Shown here in pieces: positions 1 through 9,530 of a DNA stretch of 64,000 nucleotides (the first letter of the stretch is position 1; each line of letters begins with the position of its first letter). Under the pieces are notes generated by a model. The model was not told the DNA's origin, searched no databases, and was given only the letters and a program-made list of their open reading frames with translations. Source of the stretch: Candidatus Aenigmatarchaeota archaeon. GTDB lineage: Archaea > Aenigmatarchaeota > Aenigmatarchaeia > JACPZZ01. The position numbers and the translations under genes are program-made. Location: contig JACQNZ010000008.1 in NCBI GenBank assembly GCA_016202815.1, positions 97,932-161,931 on the forward strand, in the 5' to 3' direction.

Positions 1-1331
1 TCCCTAGTTAATCCAAAAGACGAATGCATCGACGCGACGACGATGTCAAATTCTTTCAAAAACCTGTCTGGAATGTCAATTTTTCCGTCGGCTTCTATGT
101 TGGCCTCGACGCCTTTGAATATCCTCAATTTGCCGGAGCCGTTTAGCTTGTCGATCTCTTTCCATTGTTTTCTGAAATCCTGCTCATCGAGCGCACCCGC
201 AACTTTGAGGTTTCCGCCGTGGTCCGTGATGCAGATGTACTCGTAACCGAGTTTTTCCGCGGCTACGGACATGTCTTTCGCGGTATTCGCACCGTCGCTC
301 CACACCGTATGCATTTGCAGGTCGCCTTTGATGGAATCGTATGCTATTAGGCTGGGAAGTTTGTGCGATCTTGCGGCGTCAATCTCACCTGTATTCTCGC
401 GCAGCTCGGGTTCGATGTAATCCAGTCCGAGCCTGTCGTAGATTTCTTCCTCTGTTTTTCCGGCGACCAGCTCGCCGCCTTTCATCAGTCCGTACTCGCT
501 TAATTTGAGCCCTTTGAAAATGGCGATCTTCCGCATCGCAACATTATGGTCTTTCGAGCCTGTGAAATATTGCAGCGCAGCGCCGAAGGCACTGTCATCA
601 AGTACGCGAATATCCACCTGCACGCCGCCCTTCAGGCGCACCGACGCCCTGGTCGGCCCGCGTGCAATGATCTCGCCGACGCCGTCCATTTTTGTGAAAA
701 AATCTATGACTTTGTCGTGTTTCGATGACGTAACCAAAATATCTATGTCGCCTATCGTTTCCTTCATGCGCCGCAGCGAGCCTGCGAAAACCACCCTGTC
801 TACGAAATCAAGCCCTCGCAGCCTTTGCACGATTTCATCGGCGATTGGAAGCGCTTTTGCGAGAAGCATCCTGCTTTTCGCTTTTCTAGCAAACTCGATG
901 CCGTCCAGTATTTTTTTCTCGCTCTTCTCGCCAAACCCATTCAGCTTCGCAATCCGATTCGCTTTCGCAGCCTTTTCAAGGTCATCCAGATTTTTTATTT
1001 TCAATTTCCGGTAAAGCAGTCCAATGCGCTTCGGGCCAAGTCCGCTTACAGACATCAGCGAATCCAGGTCAACAGGCAGCGATTTCTTCAGCTTTTCGTA
1101 ATACGGCAACCGCCCCGTTTCAAGAAATTCTGAAATCTTTTCCTCTGTGGCCGCACCGACGCCCGGAATGCTCCGCAGTTTTCCTTCGCGCCAGATCCCG
1201 GTTATGTCACGCTGCAGCGTTTCAATGGACTGCGCAGCCTTGCGATAAGCGCGCGGTTTAAACTCGACGTCCTGCATCTCCAGTATGTCGGCTATCTCGT
1301 ACAGTATTTTGGCGACTTCGGAGTTTTTCAT
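1..1331 (-). CDS. polX: DNA polymerase X family with PHP domain (3' end outside window)
   Basis: Manual translation from ATG at 1331: MKNSEVAKILYEIADILEMQDVEFKPRAYRKAA..., HhH motifs IPGVG and VSGLGPK, AGSLRRMKETIGDIDIL, FTGSKDHN, PHP GDLQMHTVWSDG. Absent from the ORF track because it runs off the edge. Confidence 0.93.
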   Translation of the reverse strand, partial: MKNSEVAKILYEIADILEMQDVEFKPRAYRKAAQSIETLQRDITGIWREGKLRSIPGVGAATEEKISEFLETGRLPYYEKLKKSLPVDLDSLMSVSGLGPKRIGLLYRKLKIKNLDDLEKAAKANRIAKLNGFGEKSEKKILDGIEFARKAKSRMLLAKALPIADEIVQRLRGLDFVDRVVFAGSLRRMKETIGDIDILVTSSKHDKVIDFFTKMDGVGEIIARGPTRASVRLKGGVQVDIRVLDDSAFGAALQYFTGSKDHNVAMRKIAIFKGLKLSEYGLMKGGELVAGKTEEEIYDRLGLDYIEPELRENTGEIDAARSHKLPSLIAYDSIKGDLQMHTVWSDGANTAKDMSVAAEKLGYEYICITDHGGNLKVAGALDEQDFRKQWKEIDKLNGSGKLRIFKGVEANIEADGKIDIPDRFLKEFDIVVASMHSSFGLTR

Positions 1332-1369
1332 ACAATTACTTTTTAATAGGAACTGAAAGAAAAAGGCGG

Positions 1370-1528
1370 TTATTTCGCAATGGCCAGCGCGGTTATTTTC
1401 GGGTCGCACGCATTGTGCGTTCTGCAGAAATTCTCGCACTCTTTCGCGGTTCCGGCATCAGCGTATTTGAACCCGCATTCGTCGCAGGCAAAAACAGTTT
1501 TATCCCCCCACACCTTTGTGGATACCAT
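1370..1528 (-). CDS. Small Cys-rich zinc-finger-type protein (52 aa)
   Basis: Manual translation MVSTKVWGDKTVFACDECGFKYADAGTAKECENFCRTHNACDPKITALAIAK; CxxCG...CxxxC..H..C pattern; divergent from the ZIP transporter. Confidence 0.7.
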   Translation of the reverse strand: MVSTKVWGDKTVFACDECGFKYADAGTAKECENFCRTHNACDPKITALAIAK

Positions 1529-1591
1529 ACATTCCTATTGGATGCCTTATTAAAAAACAACTTAAATAAAAGCAAAAACAAATCAAACCTG

Positions 1592-2326
1592 ATGCTGGAC
1601 GTCTTCGTCTACGGGCTCGCAAGCGTTTTAGTAGTGAGTCTGATATCACTGGTCGGGATCCTTGCGATCCCTGCAAAATCAAAGCACCTTATTTACCTGG
1701 TTAGTTTCTCGGCAGGCGCGCTGTTCGGCGATTCTTTCATACACCTGCTGCCGGAGACCATGGAGATGGGATTTGACGGAACGACGCCGATATACATACT
1801 GGCCGGAATTGTCACGATGTTCGTGGTTGAGAAGATCATAAACTGGCACCACTCGCACGACATGCACAACAAAAGCCAGCACGTAAAGCCTTTCGTGTTC
1901 ATGAACCTGATCGGCGACGGCGTGCACAATTTCATCGACGGCCTTGTGATAGGCAGCAGCTACCTGGCCAGCGTACCGTTGGGCGTGGCCACCACTCTGG
2001 CAGTGGTATTCCATGAAATACCGCAGGAAATCGGGGATTTTGGCGTGCTTTTGAGGGGCGGGGTCAACCGTGGAAAGGCGATAATGCTTAACTTTTTTTC
2101 GGCGCTGGCGGCTGTGGCGGGTTTCTTGGTTTCGATGGCAATCAGCAGCTATGTGGGAAATTTTGTTTCTATGATGGTGCCCTTCACAATAGGAAGCTTC
2201 GTTTATATCGCAGGATCGGATTTGATACCTGAACTTCACAAGGAAAAGAGCGATAAGTCCGCAATGCAGCTCTTGTCGTTTGTCGCAGGCATGGCAGCCA
2301 TGTACGCCCTGCTTTTAATCGAATGA
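1592..2326 (+). CDS. ZIP family metal (zinc) transporter
   Basis: GDSFIHLLPE, His-rich loop HHSHDMH, DGVHNFIDG, HEIPQEIGDF, SDLIPELH; likely start ATG at 1592. Confidence 0.93.
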   Translation: MLDVFVYGLASVLVVSLISLVGILAIPAKSKHLIYLVSFSAGALFGDSFIHLLPETMEMGFDGTTPIYILAGIVTMFVVEKIINWHHSHDMHNKSQHVKPFVFMNLIGDGVHNFIDGLVIGSSYLASVPLGVATTLAVVFHEIPQEIGDFGVLLRGGVNRGKAIMLNFFSALAAVAGFLVSMAISSYVGNFVSMMVPFTIGSFVYIAGSDLIPELHKEKSDKSAMQLLSFVAGMAAMYALLLIE

Positions 2327-2710
2327 TCAGAAGTAAACCAGTGCCCATAAAAGGGCGACAGCCACGGCAAGCTTGAACAAAGCCACCTTCTGGAACCATT
2401 TGTCAGACTTCTTCAAAACCAGCTTGATCGCATCCCTGTGTATGTCATTGAACATCAGGAAGCTTCCTGCAAGCAGCCCGGCCCCGAAAACAGAGACCAA
2501 AAAGCTTTGCAATCCCGCCAGCTTCACTACAAGAAGCGCGGTTATCAGGCCTGACGCAAACATCACAAGGCTGATTGCATACGACCAATCCTTGTTGATT
2601 TTTGAAAATTCCTTAAGCCAGGCTTTTGCTTTCTTCGGCGAGAGCACGGTTAAGGACCTGGTAAGTATCACCAGCGCGAGTAAAAGAGCCGCAACAGCCT
2701 TTAAGACCAT
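2327..2710 (-). CDS. Hypothetical membrane protein
   Basis: 127-aa ORF with about four hydrophobic segments, filling the gap between genes. Confidence 0.7.
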   Translation of the reverse strand: MVLKAVAALLLALVILTRSLTVLSPKKAKAWLKEFSKINKDWSYAISLVMFASGLITALLVVKLAGLQSFLVSVFGAGLLAGSFLMFNDIHRDAIKLVLKKSDKWFQKVALFKLAVAVALLWALVYF

Positions 2711-2766
2711 AATTAAAATTAGCAGGGGTAATATATATGTATTTTCTCAGAGCTTATGGGTGGATT

Positions 2767-3744
2767 ATGCTGATTAAGGACAGGCTTTACGGCCCCTTCG
2801 ACATAGGCGAAGAGGTTTTGGTCGAGTTAATCGGCTCCGATCCGGTTCAGCGCCTGAAAAAAATCGCGCAATACGGCGTTCCGGACGAATATTACGTGTA
2901 CAGGAATTACAGCCGCTATGAGCATTCAGTCGGCGTCATGCTGCTGGTGCGCAAACTCGGCGCAAGCGTCGAAGAGCAGGCCGCCGGCCTGCTTCATGAC
3001 GTCTCGCACACGGCATTCTCGCACGTCGTCGACTGGCTGCTCGGAACAGGCGAAAACGAGGACCACCAGGACAAAATTCACCAGAAAATATTCATGGAAT
3101 CTGAGCTGCCCGGAATATTGGAGCGGCACGGATTCGACGCAAAACGCGTGTCTGATTACAAAAACTTCCGGCTCGTGGAGCAGCCAACGCCGAAGCTGTG
3201 CGCGGACAGGGTGGATTATGCGCTGCGGGAATTTCAGGATTGGGCCGCGCCTTCCGTTGTGGCGGAGTGCGTTAATTCGCTTGCGGCAAATGATGGAAGG
3301 ATGGTATTCTCGTCAAAACCTGTAGCCAGGAATTTTGCAGAGGCTTTTTTGAAATGCCAGATGGTCCACTGGGGAGGCGCGCAAGCCACCGTAAGGTACA
3401 CGTTATTGTCTTCGGCTTTGCGTATTGCGATAGAAAACAAAATCATAACGCTGGAAGACCTGTTGAAGGATGACAGTTTCGTAATAGGCAAATTAAAAAG
3501 CTGCAATAACATTGAAGTGCAGAAGTATCTGGGTATGTTGGCAGACAAGAACCTATTGGTGGTAGAAGATCCGCACAACCCGCAGTACGTCATGAAGAAG
3601 AAATTCCGCTACGTGGATCCGGATTATCTTGAAAACGGTGAAGTATTCACATTGGGCAAAACAGATTTGGCGTTTGGAAAGCTGGTCGAAGAAAACAGGA
3701 AAATAAATGACGCCGGTTTGCGGTTGAGCATCGGGCGCATGTGA
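2767..3744 (+). CDS. HD-domain phosphohydrolase (SAMHD1/dNTPase-like)
   Basis: VQRLKKIAQ, SRYEHSVG, LLHDVSHTAFSH, ADRVDY motifs. Confidence 0.9.
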   Translation: MLIKDRLYGPFDIGEEVLVELIGSDPVQRLKKIAQYGVPDEYYVYRNYSRYEHSVGVMLLVRKLGASVEEQAAGLLHDVSHTAFSHVVDWLLGTGENEDHQDKIHQKIFMESELPGILERHGFDAKRVSDYKNFRLVEQPTPKLCADRVDYALREFQDWAAPSVVAECVNSLAANDGRMVFSSKPVARNFAEAFLKCQMVHWGGAQATVRYTLLSSALRIAIENKIITLEDLLKDDSFVIGKLKSCNNIEVQKYLGMLADKNLLVVEDPHNPQYVMKKKFRYVDPDYLENGEVFTLGKTDLAFGKLVEENRKINDAGLRLSIGRM

Positions 3745-3745
3745 G

Positions 3746-4510
3746 GTGTGCAAATTGAAGAACAGGTTTTTGGCAGGGTCTTCAGGGTTCCGTTACAGGA
3801 TAAGGCGGATCATCGAGAGCGCAGACTTGGTTGTGGAAATTTTGGACGCGCGCGATCCTTTCGGAACCAAAAACACGGAAGTGGAAAAATTTGTAAGGAT
3901 GTCGCACAAGAGGCTTCTGACAGTGGTTAACAAAGCAGACCTTGTTGGCGGGGTTGATTATCCGGAGTCTTCAAAGACCTGCGTAATATCCTCCAAAAAC
4001 CGCAAAAGCGCGGCCATCCTGAAAGACTTTATCAAAGCGAACCTTCCTAAAACGCCGGCACGCGTTGCAATTGTCGGATACCCCAATGTCGGCAAATCAA
4101 CGATTATAAATTTGTTGAAAGGCCGGAAGTCCGCTTCCGTTGCCCCGATACCGGGGCACACCAGAGGCGTGCAATGGATACGCATCGACGAGGACATCCT
4201 GCTTCTCGACTCGCCCGGAATCGTACCGAGCTACGAAAGGGACGAAGTTTCGATAGCTTTGAAGGGCGCGATCGAGGCCGACCAGGTAAAAGATCCTGAA
4301 CACGTTGCGCATGAAATTTTGGAGGGAATCCTGCACGCCGGCCCTGCGAAGATAGAAAAAGCGTACGACATTAAAGTTTCCTCCCGTGACCCGCACGAAA
4401 TACTGCGGTTGATCGCGCTGCGCCGCGGCCGCATCCTTAAAGGCCGCGAGCCGGACACAAGGAGCGCGGCGAAAACTGTCATCCGCGACAGGTACAAGGG
4501 AAAAATCTGA
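3746..4510 (+). CDS. Circularly permuted ribosome-biogenesis GTPase (YlqF/RbgA family)
   Basis: DARDP, NKADL, GYPNVGKST, PGHT and DSPG in G4-G1-G2-G3 order. Confidence 0.92.
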   Translation: MCKLKNRFLAGSSGFRYRIRRIIESADLVVEILDARDPFGTKNTEVEKFVRMSHKRLLTVVNKADLVGGVDYPESSKTCVISSKNRKSAAILKDFIKANLPKTPARVAIVGYPNVGKSTIINLLKGRKSASVAPIPGHTRGVQWIRIDEDILLLDSPGIVPSYERDEVSIALKGAIEADQVKDPEHVAHEILEGILHAGPAKIEKAYDIKVSSRDPHEILRLIALRRGRILKGREPDTRSAAKTVIRDRYKGKI

Positions 4511-4539
4511 ATTTAAGCCTTGTTCACAATTAGATCTTT

Positions 4540-6147
4540 ATGTGGGTTAATTTTTTTCTGTCCCTGGGTTTCGCCGGGTTCTACACGCTCTGGGCTTTCT
4601 TCGTCGGAGTTGTGGCATCGTTCGGAATTTTCGGGAGAAGTCCGGTCCGGAATTCGGTAATGTCGTGGATTTTCGGGATTTTTTTGGTTTCATTGTCGCC
4701 TATAGGCTCGGTTGTTTTGGCGGCCTTTATCAGGATGTTCATATTCGGTTTGTCAAAACTTACAAAGGCTGAGATTGAGCGCATATTCGTTTTCGAAGAC
4801 GCCAGAGGGGCCAGACCGCGCAGGTTTTTGTGGGTGCTTGCGCCGTTCGGCATTCTTTTCGTCATGTCCGCGGCCACGGCGGTTTTATCCCCGCCCATGG
4901 AAGTGGAATGGTACAAAATGGGCGGCGCCGGCATAGTGGAATTAACCAGCGAGCCCTCGTCAACTGTGTCGGAAATAGCCTGGGACGATGTCAAAGGCAT
5001 GCGATTGGTATCGCAGGAATACGCCCTGCAGATACCGAAAACGCTGATAACAGAGACCGGTTGGAAATTATCCGACAGCTGGGACGGCGTATATCCCATC
5101 AACGGGACGCTGTACTGGGTTTCAAGCTACGAACCTGCAACTTTGATAAACAGCGGCAACCCGTCGCCCGCTTACGTACTGATCAGCGGGGAAGACCCTT
5201 CAAACAGGAAAAAAATCTACGAAAGCATAGAATATTCCGGCGAGCGCGGCAAGATGCTGGACATATTGTACCAGTTGTGGAAAGGAAAGATCAGGGACAT
5301 CAACGTTGTAGCGTGGCTCAATTACCCGTTTTTCGAGTTCGGCGATCCGATACTGGCACACAACGAAAAAGGTCCCGTGTGGATAAAGCCGGCAAAAATG
5401 AATTTCCCTACAATGTTCCTGGTGAGATTTTACACGGACCAGGTTGGCGTAATGACTATCGAAAACGACGGCAAAGTCAGTTTTTATTCCACGGAACAGA
5501 TACGCGAAGGCGGCGCGCCTCCGTGGCTCGAAAAACAGGTACTGATAGACGAGGGTTACAGCGAGCTGCGCGTTTACAAATGGGCCAAATACAAATACTG
5601 GACCAACTTCTTAAATTATTACTTCCAGCACGAAAATGTTTTTGAAATAGCGCAGGATTTGTACTTCCAATACGACAAGCAGAACGAAAGAAATTATGCG
5701 GTGATACAACTGGAACCGGAAGGCCGCGAACGCAAATCCATAACGCATTTCATCGAGATAGAATCATCCGGGAAAAACTTCGGCAACATTACGATATATG
5801 ATTCCCGCAGGCTCGAGCTGATCGGGCCCGAACGTGCTCTCGACGACGTCCGCGGCGAGGTCAGCATTTACAAGAACTGGTACCCCCTGCAGCCATTGTT
5901 CAAGAAAATAAAAGACGGATATTTCTATGTTGTTCCGGTGTATTCCGGCGACTTCGAGGCAATGGTATTGCGCGGCGTCGCCGTTGTAGATGCGAAGCGC
6001 GAGCAGGTTAAATTGTTCAAGTGGGCCGAGGTTCCGGAAGAATTGCAGCAGCCAGAAACAGCACAAAACGATTCTTTGGAAGGCTGTTCAATAATATCCA
6101 CTCAAAAAATAGACAATAAATTAAGAATAACTATGGAGTGCCAATAA
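4540..6147 (+). CDS. Hypothetical membrane-anchored protein with large soluble C-terminal domain
   Basis: 535-aa ORF with three N-terminal TM segments; no family recognised. Confidence 0.75.
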   Translation: MWVNFFLSLGFAGFYTLWAFFVGVVASFGIFGRSPVRNSVMSWIFGIFLVSLSPIGSVVLAAFIRMFIFGLSKLTKAEIERIFVFEDARGARPRRFLWVLAPFGILFVMSAATAVLSPPMEVEWYKMGGAGIVELTSEPSSTVSEIAWDDVKGMRLVSQEYALQIPKTLITETGWKLSDSWDGVYPINGTLYWVSSYEPATLINSGNPSPAYVLISGEDPSNRKKIYESIEYSGERGKMLDILYQLWKGKIRDINVVAWLNYPFFEFGDPILAHNEKGPVWIKPAKMNFPTMFLVRFYTDQVGVMTIENDGKVSFYSTEQIREGGAPPWLEKQVLIDEGYSELRVYKWAKYKYWTNFLNYYFQHENVFEIAQDLYFQYDKQNERNYAVIQLEPEGRERKSITHFIEIESSGKNFGNITIYDSRRLELIGPERALDDVRGEVSIYKNWYPLQPLFKKIKDGYFYVVPVYSGDFEAMVLRGVAVVDAKREQVKLFKWAEVPEELQQPETAQNDSLEGCSIISTQKIDNKLRITMECQ

Positions 6148-6150
6148 TTC

Positions 6151-6903
6151 CTACAGCGTAATATTCAACTTAACTAATTCGGAGTGAATCACGTTTCCAG
6201 TATTATCCACGGTTTTTTCAAAATTTTCTATACTTATTCCTTTTTGGTTTACTTGTTCAACTACGTCTAAAATACCCTTGAAAAACTGGGAGCTACCTTC
6301 TACAAACAATGTTCTTAAAAACCAGTGCATTTCACCTAGTGCAAGCGAAACGCAACTTCCACATTTTAAGGCTATGGTCTGAAATCCGGTCGCTCTGTAT
6401 ATAGTTCCTACAGCAGTGTATGTGAGTTTTCCAAATGCCGCCACCGATATTATGGCTATTTCACCGCCAAAAACAGCTGTTGACTTGTAAAATTCGTTAA
6501 CAGAGTTGGAATCGTTCTCGTTGACATTATTTGCGGCGGCAATGACTTTATTATAATTGTCCACAAGAGGCGCATATTCTGTAATTACCCTAGATATTTT
6601 TTCATACCCTTCTCTGGTTTTTGGTAATTCAGGTATTTTCGCGCCTGTTTGCTCTTCCAATATTTTTGATAATTTGTTCGCGTTTTCAGCAAATTCAAAA
6701 TATTTTTCAGAAGTATTCAAAGTGTTGTCATCGATTTGGGATAGTTTAGCTACTTGCTGTGGAAATTCCTTGTTTATCAGTTTTGTATAACTCGTAGGGA
6801 TATTATCAGAGGGTATTTTTGGTTTTGAATCACACCCAGATACTAAAACAACGGCGATGATCAAAAAAATGGATAAAAACTCACTAAATGGTTTCGTTGT
6901 CAT
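6151..6903 (-). CDS. Putative lipoprotein, hypothetical
   Basis: Signal peptide ending in lipobox-like LVSGC; AT-richer than its flanks. Confidence 0.7.
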   Translation of the reverse strand: MTTKPFSEFLSIFLIIAVVLVSGCDSKPKIPSDNIPTSYTKLINKEFPQQVAKLSQIDDNTLNTSEKYFEFAENANKLSKILEEQTGAKIPELPKTREGYEKISRVITEYAPLVDNYNKVIAAANNVNENDSNSVNEFYKSTAVFGGEIAIISVAAFGKLTYTAVGTIYRATGFQTIALKCGSCVSLALGEMHWFLRTLFVEGSSQFFKGILDVVEQVNQKGISIENFEKTVDNTGNVIHSELVKLNITL

Positions 6904-6905
6904 TT

Positions 6906-7235
6906 CTACGAATACTGTCTCCACGAGTGCTTGCACTTCGGGTTAGTGCACCGGAAAAATAATGTCGGCGCCTCGTCCCCGCTTCTCGTCTGCTGAAGCC
7001 ACCAGAACGCTTCCGTGTGCGCGCACTTCGGGCACGTCACTACGGTTTTTGGCAGGCTGGAAAATTCCTTTTCAACAACAACAACCTCCGGCTCCTCGTG
7101 GCTTATGTGCTCCGAAATCTTGAATGATTTTTTCTGGAATTGTTTTTTCGTGCCGCAACCCCTGCACACTAGCAGGGCTTTGCCCGCCTTTTTCTGCGGC
7201 ATCATCATGCTCGAGCATTTCTGGCAAAATTCCAT
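6906..7235 (-). CDS. tfs: Transcription factor S (TFS)
   Basis: Two Zn ribbons (FCQKC..CRGC; CPKC..C) and QQTRSGDEAPT catalytic loop. Confidence 0.95.
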   Translation of the reverse strand: MEFCQKCSSMMMPQKKAGKALLVCRGCGTKKQFQKKSFKISEHISHEEPEVVVVEKEFSSLPKTVVTCPKCAHTEAFWWLQQTRSGDEAPTLFFRCTNPKCKHSWRQYS

Positions 7236-7249
7236 TTTATCTCCCCTTT

Positions 7250-7301
7250 AATCAAGAATGATATTCAACTGGATTGTTTAAATACGATATCATTCTTGAT
7301 T
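7250..7301. repeat. Perfect 15-bp inverted repeat flanking a TATA-like box upstream of tfs
   Basis: AATCAAGAATGATAT (7250-7264), 22-nt spacer containing TTTAAATA, ATATCATTCTTGATT (7287-7301). Confidence 0.8.
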
Positions 7302-7330
7302 CCTTTTCGGTTATCAGCTATATATCTTAG

Positions 7331-7819
7331 TTATCTGTTGACGGCCGGCGAAAACGCCCTGCACACAGCGGGGACGCTGTCGCACACTGTTATTTTTATC
7401 AGGCCCGCGTAAGGTATTACCAAAACAGATTTTCCGACAATGTCCTTCGCGGATATCTGCTTTTCCCATTCATGCTGCACTCCCCGGTTGTTGTCGCCGA
7501 GCGTTTGGAACGTGCCGTCATCGTTTATCTTGTACACCCTGTGTATGACCGGCAGCGATTGGGATAACGTGTCAAAAACAATGACATCCCCTATTTTTAT
7601 ATCTTGCGGTTCGGCGTGCTTGACTATCACAAGGTCTCCCCTGTTAATGCTCGGTGACATGGATTCTGAAATGACGTCGATGACAGGCCTTTCCGTGCCT
7701 AACAAAAGAATCAATGCCTGGTAGATGAGAACCGCGATGAACACGCCCAATGCTGCGTAGGCGACTGTTTCCACAACATCGCGCAGGACGCTTCCGGGTT
7801 TTTTCTTAAGCCCTGCCAT
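7331..7819 (-). CDS. sec11: Signal peptidase I (archaeal Sec11 type)
   Basis: VISESMSPSINRGDLV, IHRV, TLGDNN. Confidence 0.92.
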   Translation of the reverse strand: MAGLKKKPGSVLRDVVETVAYAALGVFIAVLIYQALILLLGTERPVIDVISESMSPSINRGDLVIVKHAEPQDIKIGDVIVFDTLSQSLPVIHRVYKINDDGTFQTLGDNNRGVQHEWEKQISAKDIVGKSVLVIPYAGLIKITVCDSVPAVCRAFSPAVNR

Positions 7820-8396
7820 AAGATTCGCCTTTCGCGACGCCGGACGCTATCAGGTGCGCAACACGCAGCGGCTCCGGTATTAGCGCCCTTGTAGAGGACA
7901 GTTTTATCACGTCTTCCGCGCCTTTCCTATTAATACCGCATGTCTGGTAATAAATACTTCTTCCGTTGATTTTCGTTTCGAGCGGTGCGCCGCATTTTTC
8001 TATCAGCGCCCATTTCTCGTCACCGTCTTTCAGGTTGGTGAGAGCGCGTTTTATTTTTGAAAAGTCCGGCATCTTCCTGCTTATTGCTATGACTGCCATG
8101 TTCGTCTCCTTGTGAAGGCGTTCAATGTCCACGACATTGAAGCCGCCCAGCGTTATGCCGTCGAGCATTATTATTCGCAATTGCTCCCTGTGCCGTGCAT
8201 TGTTTATGCTGGTAAAAATTTTTTTTGTAGCGTCGTTGCCGTCTACCCTTATTCTGGTGGAAAGCAGCCCGTCCATCCAGAACCCGCCGCGGAATATTGC
8301 CCCGAATATCGGGACTGTTTTATCACCCTTGAAAAAAGGGCCGTCATCCCAGCCGATTATCCTGACCTCTTTTTTGAGAAAGCGGAAGTGTGGCAT
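7806..8396 (-). CDS. DUF99 family protein (endonuclease V-like fold)
   Basis: IIGWDDGPF, VDGNDAT, MLDGITLGGFNVVD, PEPLRVAHLIA. Confidence 0.9.
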   Translation of the reverse strand: MPHFRFLKKEVRIIGWDDGPFFKGDKTVPIFGAIFRGGFWMDGLLSTRIRVDGNDATKKIFTSINNARHREQLRIIMLDGITLGGFNVVDIERLHKETNMAVIAISRKMPDFSKIKRALTNLKDGDEKWALIEKCGAPLETKINGRSIYYQTCGINRKGAEDVIKLSSTRALIPEPLRVAHLIASGVAKGESYGRA

Positions 8397-8425
8397 CCAA
8401 CTAGAAATAATTTTGTTGCGTTAAA

Positions 8426-8695
8426 TTACTTGCCTAGCGCCCGCTTGAACTCTGTTTGAAACTCTTTCGACTGGTCAATTATCTTTTGCGCAGCGCTGTC
8501 GAGCATTTTTATGGGGTTTTTGCCGTAAACTATTATCTTCGGCATCGAAAGGTACGGGTGTTCGCGCATGAACGCGGCCTGCTCTGCGCCAGACTCCCAC
8601 AGCTTCTTTCGCAGAAGGTTGGCCAAAGTCTCGCTCTCGCCTGCCAGTTCTATGTTCGCCTTTTTATCAGAATTTTCAATGACGTTGAGCTTCAT
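8426..8695 (-). CDS. rpoL: RNA polymerase subunit L (Rpo11)
   Basis: GESETLANLLRKKL...AAFMREHP; size 89 aa. Confidence 0.85.
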   Translation of the reverse strand: MKLNVIENSDKKANIELAGESETLANLLRKKLWESGAEQAAFMREHPYLSMPKIIVYGKNPIKMLDSAAQKIIDQSKEFQTEFKRALGK

Positions 8696-8712
8696 GCGAA
8701 AACCTTTTAGCT

Positions 8713-8810
8713 GGAAGCATTCGGATAGACTGAAACATACCGATACACTATACGGTATGTTTCCGGCAACCCACGCTTCAGTTCACATCGACTAATTTTA
8801 ACTGTCAGGC
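8713..8810. repeat. Palindromic element, copy 1 (homologous to 46026-46149)
   Basis: GAAACATACCG-ATACACTATA-CGGTATGTTTC (8732-8763), degenerate GAAGCAT/GCTTC flanks and downstream CTGTCAGGC shared with copy 2. Confidence 0.8.
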
Positions 8811-8837
8811 TTATAAAGCTTTCTTCAAAAGTTATTA

Positions 8838-9530
8838 GTGGTTTCTGGGATGGCGGGCAACGGTGAACGGGAAAAAGAAATACTCATTGCAGTAGCCTCT
8901 AAGCTGGTTTCGGCTGGCGCGCCAGCCGAACTTTTTGGCAGCGTCATGGATGCCGCGTCAGGAATAGTCAGGCCTGCGCAGGAGGAAACAAAGGCCGCGG
9001 ATGAGCAATGGCACCAGCCCGGAGATTACGGCATGTTTAGGACCAGTTTCCCCACCGCAATTGTAATGTTCGATGGGGCGGAAACCCATCTGACGGAAGC
9101 GGCTGGCGCGCTTAGAGAGTTGTACGCGGGCACGGTTCCGGATTTCTCCTCGGTTAAATCAATAGAAAGGAGCATTAAAAAACTGGAAGGAAGCCTCAAC
9201 GCCTGGCACAAAAAATACGGCGATGACCTAGTGATGCAGGACACAGGCTTAGGTTACGTTGGCGTTAGTACCGTGGGGGAGGCTTACCTTGCAAAGAGGT
9301 TCGGGCTCACAGTGGGCGAGGCTGTTGGAGCCATAAAAGCGTTGATGAATATGAAGTTCGTGGAACGCCGCGTTTACCTTACCAATGACGAACTTCCTCT
9401 TTGCAGGCTTTTCATCGTGGACTGCAGGCCGCAGATAGAAACGGACCCGCGGTTCAGCCTGGGATACAGGGTGTACAAACATCCAACCGGCGGCAACGGC
9501 GCTGCCAAAGGCGTTGCGAAGGCGGCGTAA
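8838..9530 (+). CDS. Hypothetical protein
   Basis: 230-aa ORF with upstream TATA-like TTATAAA; no family recognised. Confidence 0.7.
   Translation: MVSGMAGNGEREKEILIAVASKLVSAGAPAELFGSVMDAASGIVRPAQEETKAADEQWHQPGDYGMFRTSFPTAIVMFDGAETHLTEAAGALRELYAGTVPDFSSVKSIERSIKKLEGSLNAWHKKYGDDLVMQDTGLGYVGVSTVGEAYLAKRFGLTVGEAVGAIKALMNMKFVERRVYLTNDELPLCRLFIVDCRPQIETDPRFSLGYRVYKHPTGGNGAAKGVAKAA

Noticed and set aside
43-1133. Plus-strand ORFs at the window start
   Set aside because: They are antisense to polX.
4830-5645. 271-aa alternative-frame ORF, and similar shadow ORFs (31474, 33356, 35323, 61055)
   Set aside because: They overlap better-supported genes and have shadow-frame composition with no motifs.
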